Position numbers and translations under genes: made by a program. Under the pieces are notes generated by a model. That model saw only the letters and a program-made list of their open reading frames with translations, made no database searches and was not told the origin of the DNA. Below, piece after piece: positions 26,099 through 39,200 of a stretch of 50,095 bases of DNA (position 1 is its first letter; each line of letters begins with the position of its first letter). Origin of the DNA: Catajapyx aquilonaris (taxonomy: Eukaryota). Location: assembly GCA_000934665.2 (NCBI GenBank), contig KZ538742.1, positions 1 to 50,095 on the forward strand. The letters are read 5' to 3'.

Positions 26099-27518
26099 GT
26101 AAGTGTGTGTCCCTGAGGGTCAAGCCACTTGGCACAGTAGCAGGTCACCGGGTGTCACAAACGACAAGTTTTTTCCGCGACGCCCGATGCATATTATGAG
26201 TCCTAACTGCGGGGCTTGAGAGGGATTGTTTGCCTTCACTAATAAACAGCTCCGTATTCCCCTCGCGGCGTCCATTCCCGACTTTTAACTTAATCGGACA
26301 TTTGTGTACACAAGCAGATAGGATTTGCTCGCTTAGGAACGCCTGCACAAATGCTCCGGTGGGACACTTTTTTTTTACAGGGATACCTCGCGTCGTAGTT
26401 GGTCCAGTTGCGTTGGGCGTTTGTACGGAGCTGTCAGGGCGAGTTTCACACATTGTTTGCTTCACGGTGTGCTAATAGCCTGCGTTTCAACTGCGGTCGA
26501 CGTTGCGACTGTCGATTCATCCATTGCCTGTCGGCTATGAACACTGCCACAGGGGATTTGGTGGGCGACAAATAGCGTCCTGACTTATAAAGGGCACCGT
26601 CGTGGACGAGATATCGATACACTCATTTCAGAATATGAATAATGGGGGTATTGTTGCATATGTCATTGGCGTGAAAGAACATGGCGGTGACTTCCGGTTT
26701 TTTGACCCGCGGAGCTCTCATAAAGGGTGTAACCCCGACGAACAATATCCTTTCAACAATAGACCAGGGGAAACGTGATGGATTACTACCTACTAATGAT
26801 CACAAAAAATTGGGGCCGTGTATTATGATGCAAAAAAGTAGTCATTATCACAATATCTATTAATTTTGTTGTTATAAATTCTGGGTGCCCAAACTTCGTC
26901 TAGACTTCATTGCAATATTCTAAGGTGGGCATACCATACTTGATTAAGTCGATTTCGGATTTGTTACGGAGATCGCACATTGAGCAAGACTCCAGAAGAT
27001 GCAGGCTTCAATTCGCATGCGCAGGTGCTGCTTGTTCCAGTTTCATAGAAATTAGGCGAAGGATTTGAAGAGAAAAATGTCCAGTTGTCCTGTGCAGGCC
27101 TTCCACAGACCGGCTAAGAGTACTCCCAAGACAGACACTGCGACTTGAAAGTGCGAAGCGGCAGGAACTCAGAGAATCTGTCGAATTTTCTCCCACCTTT
27201 TTGTTTGCATTATAGACTAAGCGCAAGGAATGAAAGGATTTTCGCAATGAGAAAATTTTTCCGCCCAGTGACAAGCTTTCATTGTGTCTTTCCAAATAAT
27301 ATTACGGTGGAATTACTGATTATTGCTTGTACAAATCAAATGGAGTGAATTTCCTCCCCTGGCAGTTATGTTTGTTGCAACACTGAAGGGTCTGTTGTAT
27401 GAACTAAATTAGGGGGATATGTCTGATTTCGTGCAGGGTTTACATGCATAATAGTGAATGTTATATTTGCGTTAATACGAGAGGCGATGATTCAATAACC
27501 AAATAGTGAGTAGATATA

Positions 27519-28081
27519 CAGGGTTCGGAACTTTAACGTACCGTCGCTTTGGGAAATGATAGAGGGGTTCTACGCGATCACTTTGAGTATACGCAACATG
27601 GGTTACCGAGATAATTAGCATTAAATAAAAAGTGCATTATCCCAGCTTGTAGGTTTCGGATACTGCTTACGACACTTACATAGCCCAGGCCATTCCCTAC
27701 TACACCCAACAGGATCGTAAATTTAAATTAAATTACATGGTAACGCCTTAAATTGAAATGAAAAAGGTAAGGTCGCGTGGAGGGACGCATACGTGCCAGG
27801 ATATCTTGTACCTTTATTTTAAGCACATTTTCTCTGTAACTATGCTGTGGAGACCGATCATGATTGCCTCTACTTAAAATGATCTAGAACCCCTCCATCA
27901 TTTCCCAAAGCGAAGGTATCAACAGTGCAAAAAGAACTGTCCCAGTCATCCTGACGTGTGGGCTGGCCGCTCGACACACACCATGTAAGTTACATGGTGT
28001 GTGTCGAGCGGGCAGCACACACATCAGGATGACTGGGACAATTCTTTTTGAACTGATGATACGTTAAATTTCCGAACCTTG
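27519..28081. mobile_element. CAGGG-ended MITE with ~70-bp TIRs; right TIR interrupted by the 141-bp palindrome
   Basis: TA|cagggttcggaactttaacgtaccgtcgctttggg ... cccaaagcgaagg[insert]cgttaaatttccgaaccttg|TA. Confidence 0.85.
27919..28059. mobile_element. 141-bp palindromic MITE, TA TSD (copy 2)
   Basis: Two differences from copy 1 by eye, opposite orientation. Confidence 0.92.
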
Positions 28082-29337
28082 TAGAGGTGTAGAAAGGGAA
28101 ATGGACAGAGCAATAACAATAATTCGTTTAGTTCTAAGTATATAATCATGGGTTTTTCTCAAGGTAACGAAGTTGGTGCGGAATACTCGTATGTTGCAGT
28201 GTACGTTACCAGGGCTGTACTGGATCGAAGGCCATGAAAAATTCACCCTCCAGCCCTTTTAATATTGGTGCCATATGAAAATTGCAATTGAATTTTAAAT
28301 TTGCTGGCTGTGTGCCTCGGCTGACTTTGAAAGCTGGATACGATAGTCCACGTCAAGTCCTCATATTGCAGTCGGGAGATGCGTTGGTATTTCATTCAGT
28401 AAGAGCGAATCTGGAATCCGCTTGCAGCGCATTTCTGCAAAGAATTCTATATCGGCACGTGACCATCGTCGGATCGTGGTATGTGTGTAGGCGGTCCTGT
28501 ACATTCCCGGTATATATATATATATACTACTGCATTCGGGTCTCGATTTGCTCATTGGAACAACACATAGAGATGCACTAGTTTCCGATGGTGGAAGTGA
28601 TACCGGAGCTAACGCGACTTCAGAATGTGCGACGTGTTTGGAAGTTCAAGCCAGATATCGGCCGGGTGACCTGAATTAAAATGTGGGCTATACTATACGG
28701 TTGGTAATGTGGAGTGATATCTGGAATCTTGCTCGAGGGTTTTCCCAAAGATCCTGCCAGTGCTGAAAATTATCACATGAATATTTTGGGAAAAGTAACG
28801 ATCCTCGCAAATTAAAAGAGGAAAAAAATCGTCCAGTAATTGTCTGGAATGAAAATCTACAATTGAGCCAAATAACATTCCAACAGTTTTCCAGTGGGCA
28901 CTGCTGAAAGCGGAGATGACGTGAGATGGAATACCTCTCCGCGTGGATAATGCGTAGTGGCCGAAGTGCGTAGTCATCATCAATTATTACATTTTTGCTT
29001 CACGACAAGTACGGGAAGTTAATCAGGCGGGCAACGGGGTATAGCATATCCTATATACGTACAATCGACCTGCGCTATATGGCACGCTACAACAGACAGG
29101 TTGGAGCGCCCCCCCNAACGCCGCGTCGCTCTGCGATATTACAGAGAACGTGGGATATTGAAGCGGGAGGTCCACTACAATTTACCGGTGGTTACCAGTC
29201 AGCCAATCAGCTCTCGTTCTTATATTGCGACAGAAAAACTGTCATCCAGTCAACCTCACCTACTGGTCATATTGTTTTATTCCTCACTGGTGTTATCAAA
29301 CCGGAATTAATACTCAAGTGGTTTAATCCCTAAGGAG

Positions 29338-29740
<403 letters not shown>

Positions 29741-31414
29741 TTCCGGAACTGTTCACTTGGCTGCTATCAGGAGAGCCGATTATACCGTATGATATTGCCC
29801 AGGTAACAAGATGTTTACTTGGCCATCTTTTACCCAGAAGATTAAAGTTGGTTGCGTATAGACTTGCAGGTGGGCGAAATGTCGGAAAAATGTTGTCGCT
29901 GAACGCAAACGGAACAAAAGTACTGGCCACAACGATCCTATTGGTGCGTCTACTTACCTCTCCGGCTTGGCTTCTCCATTTCAGTAATCAGAAAACTTTC
30001 GTAAATGACCCCATCATCAGTTTTAGGGGTTCTTTTTCAACAGGAATTCTGCACTAATGGAAACTTTTCCTTCGTCACTGGTCGTTTATTCGACTCCTAT
30101 ACCAAGGCAATCGAAGCTCCGATTTTTTTTCCCCGCGGAAAAATACTGTGAGAAAGTAAATTTGATCGCTGAATTGATGTCGAAAGGTGTACACGTAACG
30201 CGTTTTTTATATACTGCTACGCACCTATTGACGTCTTCCTATGAGAGTGAGGGTTATTTGAAAGTTACAACTGTGAAGGTAATAGGAATGGAAATATTAA
30301 ATGGATTTTCTAATGGCCTTCTCTAAGATGGTGTTTCAAGCGAAATGTTCTTAGGGGTTAAAGATGTTTTGGCACTATTGTTATTTTTATAGGCTGTCAA
30401 AGATAGCTGATTATATTAGGTTCTATGGAAAGCGTATACTGTATAAGGTCCGGTTTTACGGCCTTGGGGAGTGTTTTCTTGCCCCGGAAATGGAGAGAAA
30501 ATGAGCATCATTTTTGCAGCTTCTCTTGTTTTGTTTCCATAGCTCACAAAGGCAGTTTCCCCTCAGAAAGCTAACAAATTAATTATATCTAGACTATTAG
30601 TCTATATCTGGCGATACCACCACAAAAGCAGTGGCCACGCCGATCGGCCTCCTACTGGCTTCGTAATTTGCAATTTTCAGCCAACAGGACTACCTATAAT
30701 ATTGCTTTGTCCTGTGACCAGGAGAGTGAAGACCACCCTCAAGATTCAAAAGTGGACTGTTGAAATGTATTTAGCCCATTTTAACCATTGTGCACGACAA
30801 GAATTTTTGCTCATTCTCCATTCCTACGACTACGAGGCCTGAACATATTAGTTGTGAAAGGATGCTCTGACAATGGTCCAAAGCCATTTCACGAATTAAA
30901 TCTAATTAATTAATTATCTCTGATAAAATTTGTACGAAAATGGCATGAAAAGTTGTCGCGGTGTCGACCTCATGAGCGGCGCGGCGCGGCGCCGCGCCGT
31001 CGTGACGCTTGGTCGTAACAAGAGGCGGTTGCGGCGCGCCGTTTAGGGGTGTAGAAGTACCTGGTGTTAAATCACTATTAGGGCCCAGATAGTTTTGCAT
31101 TTGCTGAGTAACGTCTCACGTGATAACCTTTCAGTTGGCAAACTGTTACAATTACGGTGCGAGCAAATGAATGAGGGAATCACGTGATAGGTGCAAGTGG
31201 CACATGCATTACAGACATGCCATCTACTGTCACAATTTAGGACGAGTCCAACGAGTCTCTAGTGCACCGTATAGCTCTGGTCCCAGTGATGTTAAATCAT
31301 TAGTATCATTTTCCCGCACCTTTTATTATTATTATTATTATTATTGGGAGGATTGAAATTTTCAGTACCTTGCTACACTGCGTTTAAGCTCATAAGGTGA
31401 TGCTGACACACCTT

Positions 31415-31625
31415 CTTTTCTCAATCCGATCCCGTATCGCAACCCAAACGCGACAACTCAGGCGATAAGACGTTGTCGAAGGCGTGGAGTTGTCATGGCA
31501 TGCATTTGACGCAAAGTACATCAGAAATTATTATGATCAAGACATGACAATCCCGGCCCCCTTTGCGAGCGTCTTATCCTGAGTTATCGCTTTTGGCTTG
31601 GGGTATGGAGTGGGATTAAGATAGG
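31415..31625. mobile_element. Degenerate foldback MITE
   Basis: ccaaacgcgacaactcagg..ataagacg mirrored by cgtcttatcctgagttatcgcttttgg. Confidence 0.55.
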
Positions 31626-32549
31626 GCGGTAGGCCATGGCTGCTTTATAGAACTTGAATGCAGTATACCCCAGCCTCACCCAAAACACGTTAAGCTTGAG
31701 CCTTTATGCAATTTTTTATTAATGAAGTGTGGGCAGCCTCCCGTAGCTTCAGACGCTGCCATGTACCGTACACCCCATTAGGACTATTTACAGTGTACAC
31801 AGTATTAGCTGGTATTAGTGCTATCCACATTACTGTTCGTGTTGAAACACCCACTATGAAGGGTTTACTTCATGAGATGATCGAGTGATTTACAGTTATA
31901 GGATTGCTCTAGCTGTGTTTGTCTTCTCTCCAAGGCATGTCTATAGAGTAAAGCTGGTTGTTACCATTTTCTACTCACTTAGGGATGTCTGCGATTGAAA
32001 TATAAATAGTTGATAGTTTGCCCTGTTTTTCAAACAAGGAGTATGTTCCACCAATCCCGACAGGTGTGAGCAAAATTTTTGTTCCACACTGTATATTGCA
32101 TGTAGCCTACCAATTTCAAACCGCTCCTTAGGGTTATTGGCATACGACTGGAAATGTCCAGTTTACGGCCGCGCATTTACCAATTACTCTAAGCGAAGAG
32201 CGGAAATTGTATGCGGGACGTGTATTTATGCCCATGTTGTTAATTTCAACCTTAATTAACTTCAGATTACCTGGCGTAGTGAACGGTAGCCATGTTGGGT
32301 TCGAAATTGGACAGGGATAATTCGGGAAAAGGTCAAAATATTGGAACTTTGTTTTGGACCCCACTTGGGCAGGGTTTTTTTTGTGGCGATTTTGTCCAAA
32401 ATTTGGGGTTTTCTCTTTTTGGATATTGGGAACAATATACATGGTGTACCAAATATGCGGGTCGTTTAGTTACAGACTGGGAAATTTTGCTCGGAGCTCC
32501 CCCCCCCCTCCCTCCCTCCCCCCCCCCCCCCCCCCCCCTCCCCCTCCCC

Positions 32550-32604
32550 NNNNNNNNNNNNNNNNNNNNNNNNNNNNNNNNNNNNNNNNNNNNNNNNNNN
32601 NNNN
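32550..32604. other. Assembly gap (55 N) between poly-C and poly-G runs
   Basis: Direct reading. Confidence 0.99.
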
Positions 32605-33036
32605 GGGGGGGGGGGGGGATTTTTGGTTATCGTTGGAGACACGTGACTCCAAAAATACGACAGAAAATTCAAACGTTGATGGGTGTTTTGGAAAGCTCTT
32701 CGAATGGCCTTTGAAGTATCGGAATCAGATTTCTGAAAAACCAAAACGATTTTGAATGAAATGCGGCGTCCAAAATATTTTTGTGGATTTTATTTAAAGT
32801 TCGTGGTTTTTAACCATTTTGAACTGCGGTCAAATTGAGGAATAAAATATCTACAGATCTACTATAGTTCTGATAGTCTACTGATCTACTATAGTTATTT
32901 AAAATGTAGAGGGTGGAAGTAAACATTAAACTGATTTTATGTATTTTCATTGTTTTTTAATTTGATATTTTCGTTCCAATTAATCAAGTAATTACGATCA
33001 TGTGGCTTATAAGAATATTGACTGAGATTACTCGTA

Positions 33037-33198
33037 CAGTCTTGGTCATAAATCGAGGCAACTGCCAGCGACATTTTCCGAAGCGGCAGAAGAAGGAATC
33101 GAAAATAAGCATACTTACAAGCCGGGCGAGCAAGATTCCTTCTTCTGCCGCTTCGGAAAGTGTCCGCTGGCAGTTGCCTCGATTTATGACCAACACTG
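33037..33198. mobile_element. 162-bp CAGT-ended foldback MITE, TA TSD (copy 2)
   Basis: TA|cagtcttggtcataaatcgagg...cctcgatttatgaccaacactg|TA. Confidence 0.88.
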
Positions 33199-33294
33199 TA
33201 CTGTACATAATAGACCTTATGACAAGTTGGTTTTTCTGGCGTCTTGTTAACGTCCTGTGTAGTTTCCATACCGTATTCATACATGTGCTGATTA

Positions 33295-33656
33295 CAGGTA
33301 GCCTAGTCTCCGGTTTACGAACAACCCGACTTACGGCGATTCGTATACTTACGAACGGGCTCCCAAGGCTCCCGGGAAGAAAAATTTATAATTATTTCTC
33401 AATTTTCAATCACTATCTTCGTATGTTGACAGACACCAAGTTCAACATAAATACGGTACTGCAAAATTAATAAATAATTAGGAAACTGCTTTTTCGCGCA
33501 TGTGACGTTAGCAGTTCGTTGGAGCAGAATCTTTACTCTGTATGTGTATAGTGTATCCATGCGCTGTTCCTCAGGGATCCGAGTTACTTACAAATTCGAC
33601 TTAACTTATGGACATTTTCAGGAACGTAATCCCGTTCGTAGATCGGGGACTATCTG
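33295..33656. mobile_element. pogo/Tigger-like MITE
   Basis: TA|caggtag..tctccggtttacgaa ... ttcgtagatcggggactatctg|TA with repeated ttacg subterminal motifs. Confidence 0.7.
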
Positions 33657-33914
33657 TATTATCATTTTCAAATGTGTTTTGAATAGACATTATTCATCAG
33701 GTATATAGCAGTGGTGTATGATTAACATTACACTTGGGGGTTTCAACGGTAGATTTGTATTTTGTCATCAGGCAGATGCCTTAACATGAGGGAATTCATC
33801 GCAATGTAGGCCTGAGGCTCCTAAGTACTGCCTTGGGCACTCAAATTATTTGGTGTAACGTCTAATGTTTCTGTCCGAAGTATTTTCAGGCTGTAGGTTA
33901 GTTCGACCCATATA

Positions 33915-34047
33915 GCCTCTGTAGTTCAGTGGCAGAACACATGCTCATTATGAGTGTGGACCTGGGTTCAATTCCCAGCAGAGGTGCACGGGTTCGAACT
34001 TTCAATAGGGTTGTGTGAACCAGCGGGCAGGAAAAAAAAAAAAAAAA
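33915..34047 (+). mobile_element. Short tRNA-derived SINE or tRNA pseudogene with poly(A) tail
   Basis: 33915-33986 folds as a cloverleaf (GCCTCTG/CAGAGGT acceptor, GTTC/GAAC D stem, CTGGG/CCCAG T stem), A and B boxes present, anticodon arm irregular; A16 at 34032-34047. Confidence 0.7.
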
Positions 34048-34496
34048 GTATCTTGCCGATGTGCGCAGTAAGTTATACGCATTGTAGTAATGAGCCAGAC
34101 AGCTTCGGTAACCTAGCGCGCCCATCTCAGAAGCATATTAAAACTTGAATAGCGGTGTCTAGCACGGGTTTCATATCCAAGGTGCCCTGGAGATGTGGAT
34201 CTGAACTTACTGGAAATTCTCGCCACTGCTGCTCACCTCACACTGAAACCTGTTCAAGCGTATAGAGCCGAATGTGTGTTTAAAGTGAATGGTTATTTTA
34301 CCAGCACATCGTTGTATTTTGATTGTTAGCATTTCCAAATACATATACAGGGTGATCGGAAAGTTTCGAGCCTGCGATTCTTTTCTCCAACTTAAATAAT
34401 AGTAAAATTTAGGTATCGGAAACATTTTTTAACTTGAACTTGCCGTTCCGACGTAGCTGTATACAGTAGCAGATAATATTGACGTACTCGACTGTA

Positions 34497-34580
34497 ATGG
34501 GCGCCAAAAGAATTGACCGGATTTGATGGGTATATGGCGCTATATACCCATCAACTCCGGTCAATTCTTTTGGCGCCCAT
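34497..34580. repeat. 84-bp near-perfect palindrome (mini-MITE)
   Basis: atgggcgccaaaagaattgaccgga..gatgggtatat / atatacccatc..tccggtcaattcttttggcgcccat. Confidence 0.85.
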
Positions 34581-34792
34581 AGTACATGAGCGTGGAAGCT
34601 TTTGGAGCGTTAGGAGCTTCTGACCCTGGTTCTCCACCAACTTTTTCGCTCGCGACTCGACATCAGAGACGCAAATTAGGTGTCATGGCAGTGGGACACG
34701 GGTGACTTCGAGTTGGCGATTCCTCGGGTAAAGTCAAGTGCACGCTTCCGTAAGCCTTAGCTCAATTAGGTTTCTCCTGGACAGTTCTTGGA

Positions 34793-34876
34793 CGTAAACC
34801 CACCTAGTCATCAGACCATTTCCAGATGGTCAAACAACTAAAGCAAACTGGATCTTTGCTTCGTCGTCGCCGCTGT
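34793..34876 (+). pseudogene. Probable Tc1/mariner transposase N-terminal HTH remnant
   Basis: Frameshifted PPSHQTISRW / VKQLKQTGSLLRRRR, resembling the P..TI.RW..KF..TGS pattern; TA|cagggtg left end upstream at 34348. Confidence 0.5.
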
Positions 34877-37765
34877 CCTCTCACGGACCCGTCGCGTCGG
34901 TCTGATCCAAACCACTTTCCACCTTAGTCCGTGGAAATAAATCCGTTTTGTAAGCAAGACCTGCAAATTCCCATATCCACTCTCCACGCTATTGTTCGCA
35001 AGCACAAGAGTAGCAGATTTGAGCTACAGGATAACCAGAACACACACTTGGCACTCTCCCGAGGAGTGGCCAGCTGCGCTAGTGACATGCTCCATCCTTG
35101 ACTAGTATAACTCAATTGTAAATATGAGAAACTTTTCGTATTTCTTCTGGCAGTGAAAACGAAAGTTAACCGTTGTACATTTTTCTTCATGTGGCTTAAG
35201 TAAGTGAAGTACTGATTGAATGGGTGGCAGTGACGCACTCTGGTTTTCATGTGCTTGAAATATCACGGATCATTTCATTTACCCATAAATAGGAAAACCC
35301 AAATTGTTACAATTTGCCTATATGGCTTATAGCTTTTATTATACACAGTATTATCTCCTTTATATGGGAATTAATACGAGCAATCAACTACAAAAGCATG
35401 TTATGAACTTGTTATGGAAAACCCAGCATATTCAAGTTGAATGAGCCGTATATAAGCTTATTACAGAGTGTTCTAAGTGAAATTATATTAGCAGTTTTTG
35501 CTCTTGGTTGCTTATTCTATAAGCAGTTACTTTTGCACAGTTATTGGCATTAAAAGGTATCTGTCTGCGCAACCTAACATTACCAGCAAATACTTTTGAT
35601 ACCACCCAAAATATCTTGTCGGAAGTTACTGCTTTAGTGCGGAAAAGGTAGCTAGCCCCTAATATCATTTCACCTTGTGTACCCGTACATGCAGTAATAG
35701 AAGGGATATGCGTCGTTTGTGCACAGACGTAAGGAACGAACGTAATTGGCTTATCATTCCTCTCACGAAAATATTAGGTCAATAATCAATCACCGCAAAT
35801 GCAATGGCAAGCAGCAGTTCCTCCCAGCAACAATTAGTATAATCCGATATGGATGATTCACATGACCATGTGCAGGAGTCACTGGCTTACGAGTTCATCT
35901 GTTGCACACACTCTGCGATGACGGCAATGGTCAGTGCCCTGCTATTGGAAGATTGCATGTGTGAACTGTGATGCGCATATTTTCAGCTATGTCAACATAT
36001 TGTGTGCGGTTGACAAGTGACTGTAAAGGTCACACGACGAGCTGGGAAACAAAGGAAGAACATACTGTGCTGCTGTAAGGTTTCGAACCTTGTAAACAAT
36101 ATAATGGGAGGCTATTTTTTGTTGCGCTTATTTCAAGCATTCATTGAGGTCATCCAGGTTTTTCAGTGACCTTCTCTCTCCTATGAGTAAGATGAATGCA
36201 ATCAGAGCCAAGATGTTGAGGAGATTGATATCCTCCGGTAAGCGATGACTAAACAGTGTTTTCACCGTCTTTTGGACACACATCCATCCTGTATAGGCCA
36301 TCCCATCCTCTATTTTTTGGGGGAAACTACTGGCAGTTACTTTTTGTTATTAATCGTGGTAGTTATGCTATAATTTTGGCATATGCCAGGCCATATAGAG
36401 TATACCTGCCATTGAACTATGGGGTGGCATACTGTAATATTGTGCGGTTGGGCTTGATAAATTTTTGTTGTTGTTGAGATTCCTCAAGGACTTCAAATCC
36501 CTTACTTCGACCATGGAAGTGAAATGTAGGGAATCACATGCCTTTCATCCCCCGCCCCCTCCTTTTCTTCTACTTTCCTTGTCTCCTTGATTACTCTTGC
36601 TTGCGTGTTTTGTTTGTTCTCCTGTCGTTTTCTACGGACCAGTGCTACGAAATAACTTATGAAAAATTCGGAGAAAACCAATCACGTTGGTAGTCCAAAC
36701 ACTTCACTTTTTTCTTTTATTTTCCTGCCGAGGTGGACTCGTACTGTACAGTACCGTGCTCTACCTCACCGAATGATGCTGCTATAGAGTTTTCTACTGT
36801 CACGCAGCTCTGGTGCTTCGTAATAGTACCGGTACTTTCAAGGGTCATCACTAGTGTTTCTATTCAGGTGTTACTGAAAGAACTAATCGTGGAATGAATA
36901 GCTTTTGATAATTGCCTTTTTTATACATTATAACATTGTTGCATTGTACTCCACAACATAGTGTTGCATAATCATATGATTTATGAACGTGCCCACGTGC
37001 CCATACGAAATGCTCAGGCCCAGTTGAAAAGCCCTGACACTGTAAGCTCATATTCAGTGTGTCAGGTATTACACACTAATCCTCGACTTTTCATGAGGCT
37101 GTTATAAAAAGACCGCGAAAAGGCCGGTAAAGTATAAGCAGGCCAAGGCTCACCAAATGGTGACATATCAGCCTCCTGGTACATAATCTGTGCCAGGGAA
37201 TTAGTTTTCGATTACCTTCTTTACCTATACTTTCATTACTAAATTATTGAGTAACTTTAAATCGTATACACTGCAGTACATCGACTATATATACAGTATG
37301 GACCTATACTGATAGCTACGATGTTGGATGAAGTGAAAAGTTCAAAAGTGCTGTAAAATATTTAAAGGAGCCGCTTTTATTAGAACCACACGAGTCTGCA
37401 ACTGTTCCTGTCGAATGGCAACCAAAACGGCGATGTTTGACAAATTTATATCACAGAACATTGCCATCTGAACCACCTTCGTACATTACTATAACATGAG
37501 CCGATTCGCATTATTGGCCCTAGCTCCTTCAGATGCTCTGGTTGCCTGATTCATGCCGAGCAAGGCCTTCAGGATCCGAATCAAAGGCAGCAAGATTTCC
37601 ACGACATCTGCATTGGCCGCATCGAAAAATTATACTATACGTTACGCAACCGCCGCGCCGCGCCGTAAAGGCAAAAAAGCACTTCGAAGTGTTCGTAAGA
37701 TATGGCTCATGCAGGTGTCATGTGTGTGATGTAATGAGTAATATCTTCTCTTTTTTGGGGGACAG

Positions 37766-37919
37766 TTCGACAGGCCAAGAATCTGATTCCAATGGATCCC
37801 AACGGTCTGTCGGATCCTTATGTGAAGATGAAGTTAATCCCCGATTCGGACAACGTCAAGAGGAAGACCAAGACGATTCGTTCTTCACTGAACCCCGTGT
37901 GGAACGAGACACTACAATT
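37766..37919 (+). CDS. Pkc53E: PKC exon, C2 first half: (V)[50 protein letters not shown](F)
   Basis: gacag acceptor, gtaagt donor, 154 nt. Confidence 0.96.
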
Positions 37920-38096
37920 GTAAGTTCATGTGTCATTCGAATATACATTTCTGGAATGTGCAAACCTTCAGGTAGTGTGGATATATCGTATGTGAAGTAC
38001 GTACATAATGGTTGCATATACAGGGCATTTCAATTGGAATACCCTGTATTGAGTGAGTATGTGACGATCCTCTCTGCTCCTGTCTCCCACGTGCAG

Positions 38097-38325
38097 TGAC
38101 CTAAAGCCTGAAGACAAAGACCGTCGCTTGCTGATCGCAATTTGGGACTGGGACCGCACATCCAGGAATGATTTCATGGGATCGTTGTCTTTCGGTATCT
38201 CCGAGATCATCAAATCTCCAGTGGAAGGCTGGTACAAGCTGCTGACCGAAGAAGAAGGCGAATTCTATAACGTCCCCGTTCCCGAAGAAGGAGCCGATCT
38301 GGGGAGTCTCAAGACGCAAATGAAG
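38097..38325 (+). CDS. Pkc53E: PKC exon, C2 second half and hinge: [76 protein letters not shown]
   Basis: gtgcag acceptor, gtatgt donor, 229 nt; overlaps ORF 38128..38388. Confidence 0.97.
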
Positions 38326-39200
38326 GTATGTTTTGGCCTGTTTATCGATACTATTTCTCAAAATAACTTGTCAGTGGTGGACACGTAAACTGATATACAT
38401 TACGCAGTTCTTATCTGATCGCTAGCAGTGCAACAGGTATGTCAAATATAGAGTGACATCGATAAATTAAGGAGACGATTAGAGCAATCAGATTTTTCGT
38501 AGGTTTATCTAGATTCTATATCAAGCCTGCATGAGGAAAAATAACTGGCACCGGGAACACGAGAAAAGGATAGGGCATAGGCAGTAAAATGTACTGTCCA
38601 GCGATATTGACTTAAGGTACATGAAATTTTAATTTTCTGCGATGGAATGTGGTAAATCATTGGGTGTCACCATTTTCGGACCAGACCTAAATTTTACAAG
38701 CTGTTGGAAAGGGACGCTGTTACTATATGTGCCTGCGTTTTGCGCTACACGGTACTGTACGTACAGTACAAGGGCCACCAGTCGTCAAAATGACGCCATT
38801 TTGGTGCCCAATTATTCCATTACAATGTGTGTGGGTTTGGTTGCCGAGATTATTATGATACATATATCACTTTTCCCACCTTTGAGATATGATTTGGAAA
38901 TTATTGATGATTTTATAACATTGCTTAGTACATGAAGCTTTTCCCGGATTGTATGGTCGAAAGAGGTTTTTAGAGTCTCCCTACTCCCTACTAGACATGT
39001 TGACAAATATTCTGTGTGGACTACTCTTCTGCCTCCTCCTTTCCAGGAAATAAGTGTTTTATGTATTTTCCTGAGTTAAGTACAGTACTGGTCATAATAA
39101 CATATCATAAATGTAAACAACTGCTTTGGCCAGGTTGCCAGGTAACGCCAAAGCCGTTGTTTACATTTATGATATGCTATTATGCCTGGTACTGTACACT

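Noticed and set aside
32292..32755. Pro/Gly-rich ORFs
   Set aside because: Artefact of poly-C/poly-G runs around an assembly gap
37533..38099. 188-aa plus-strand ORF
   Set aside because: Off-frame read through the C2 exon and adjacent introns
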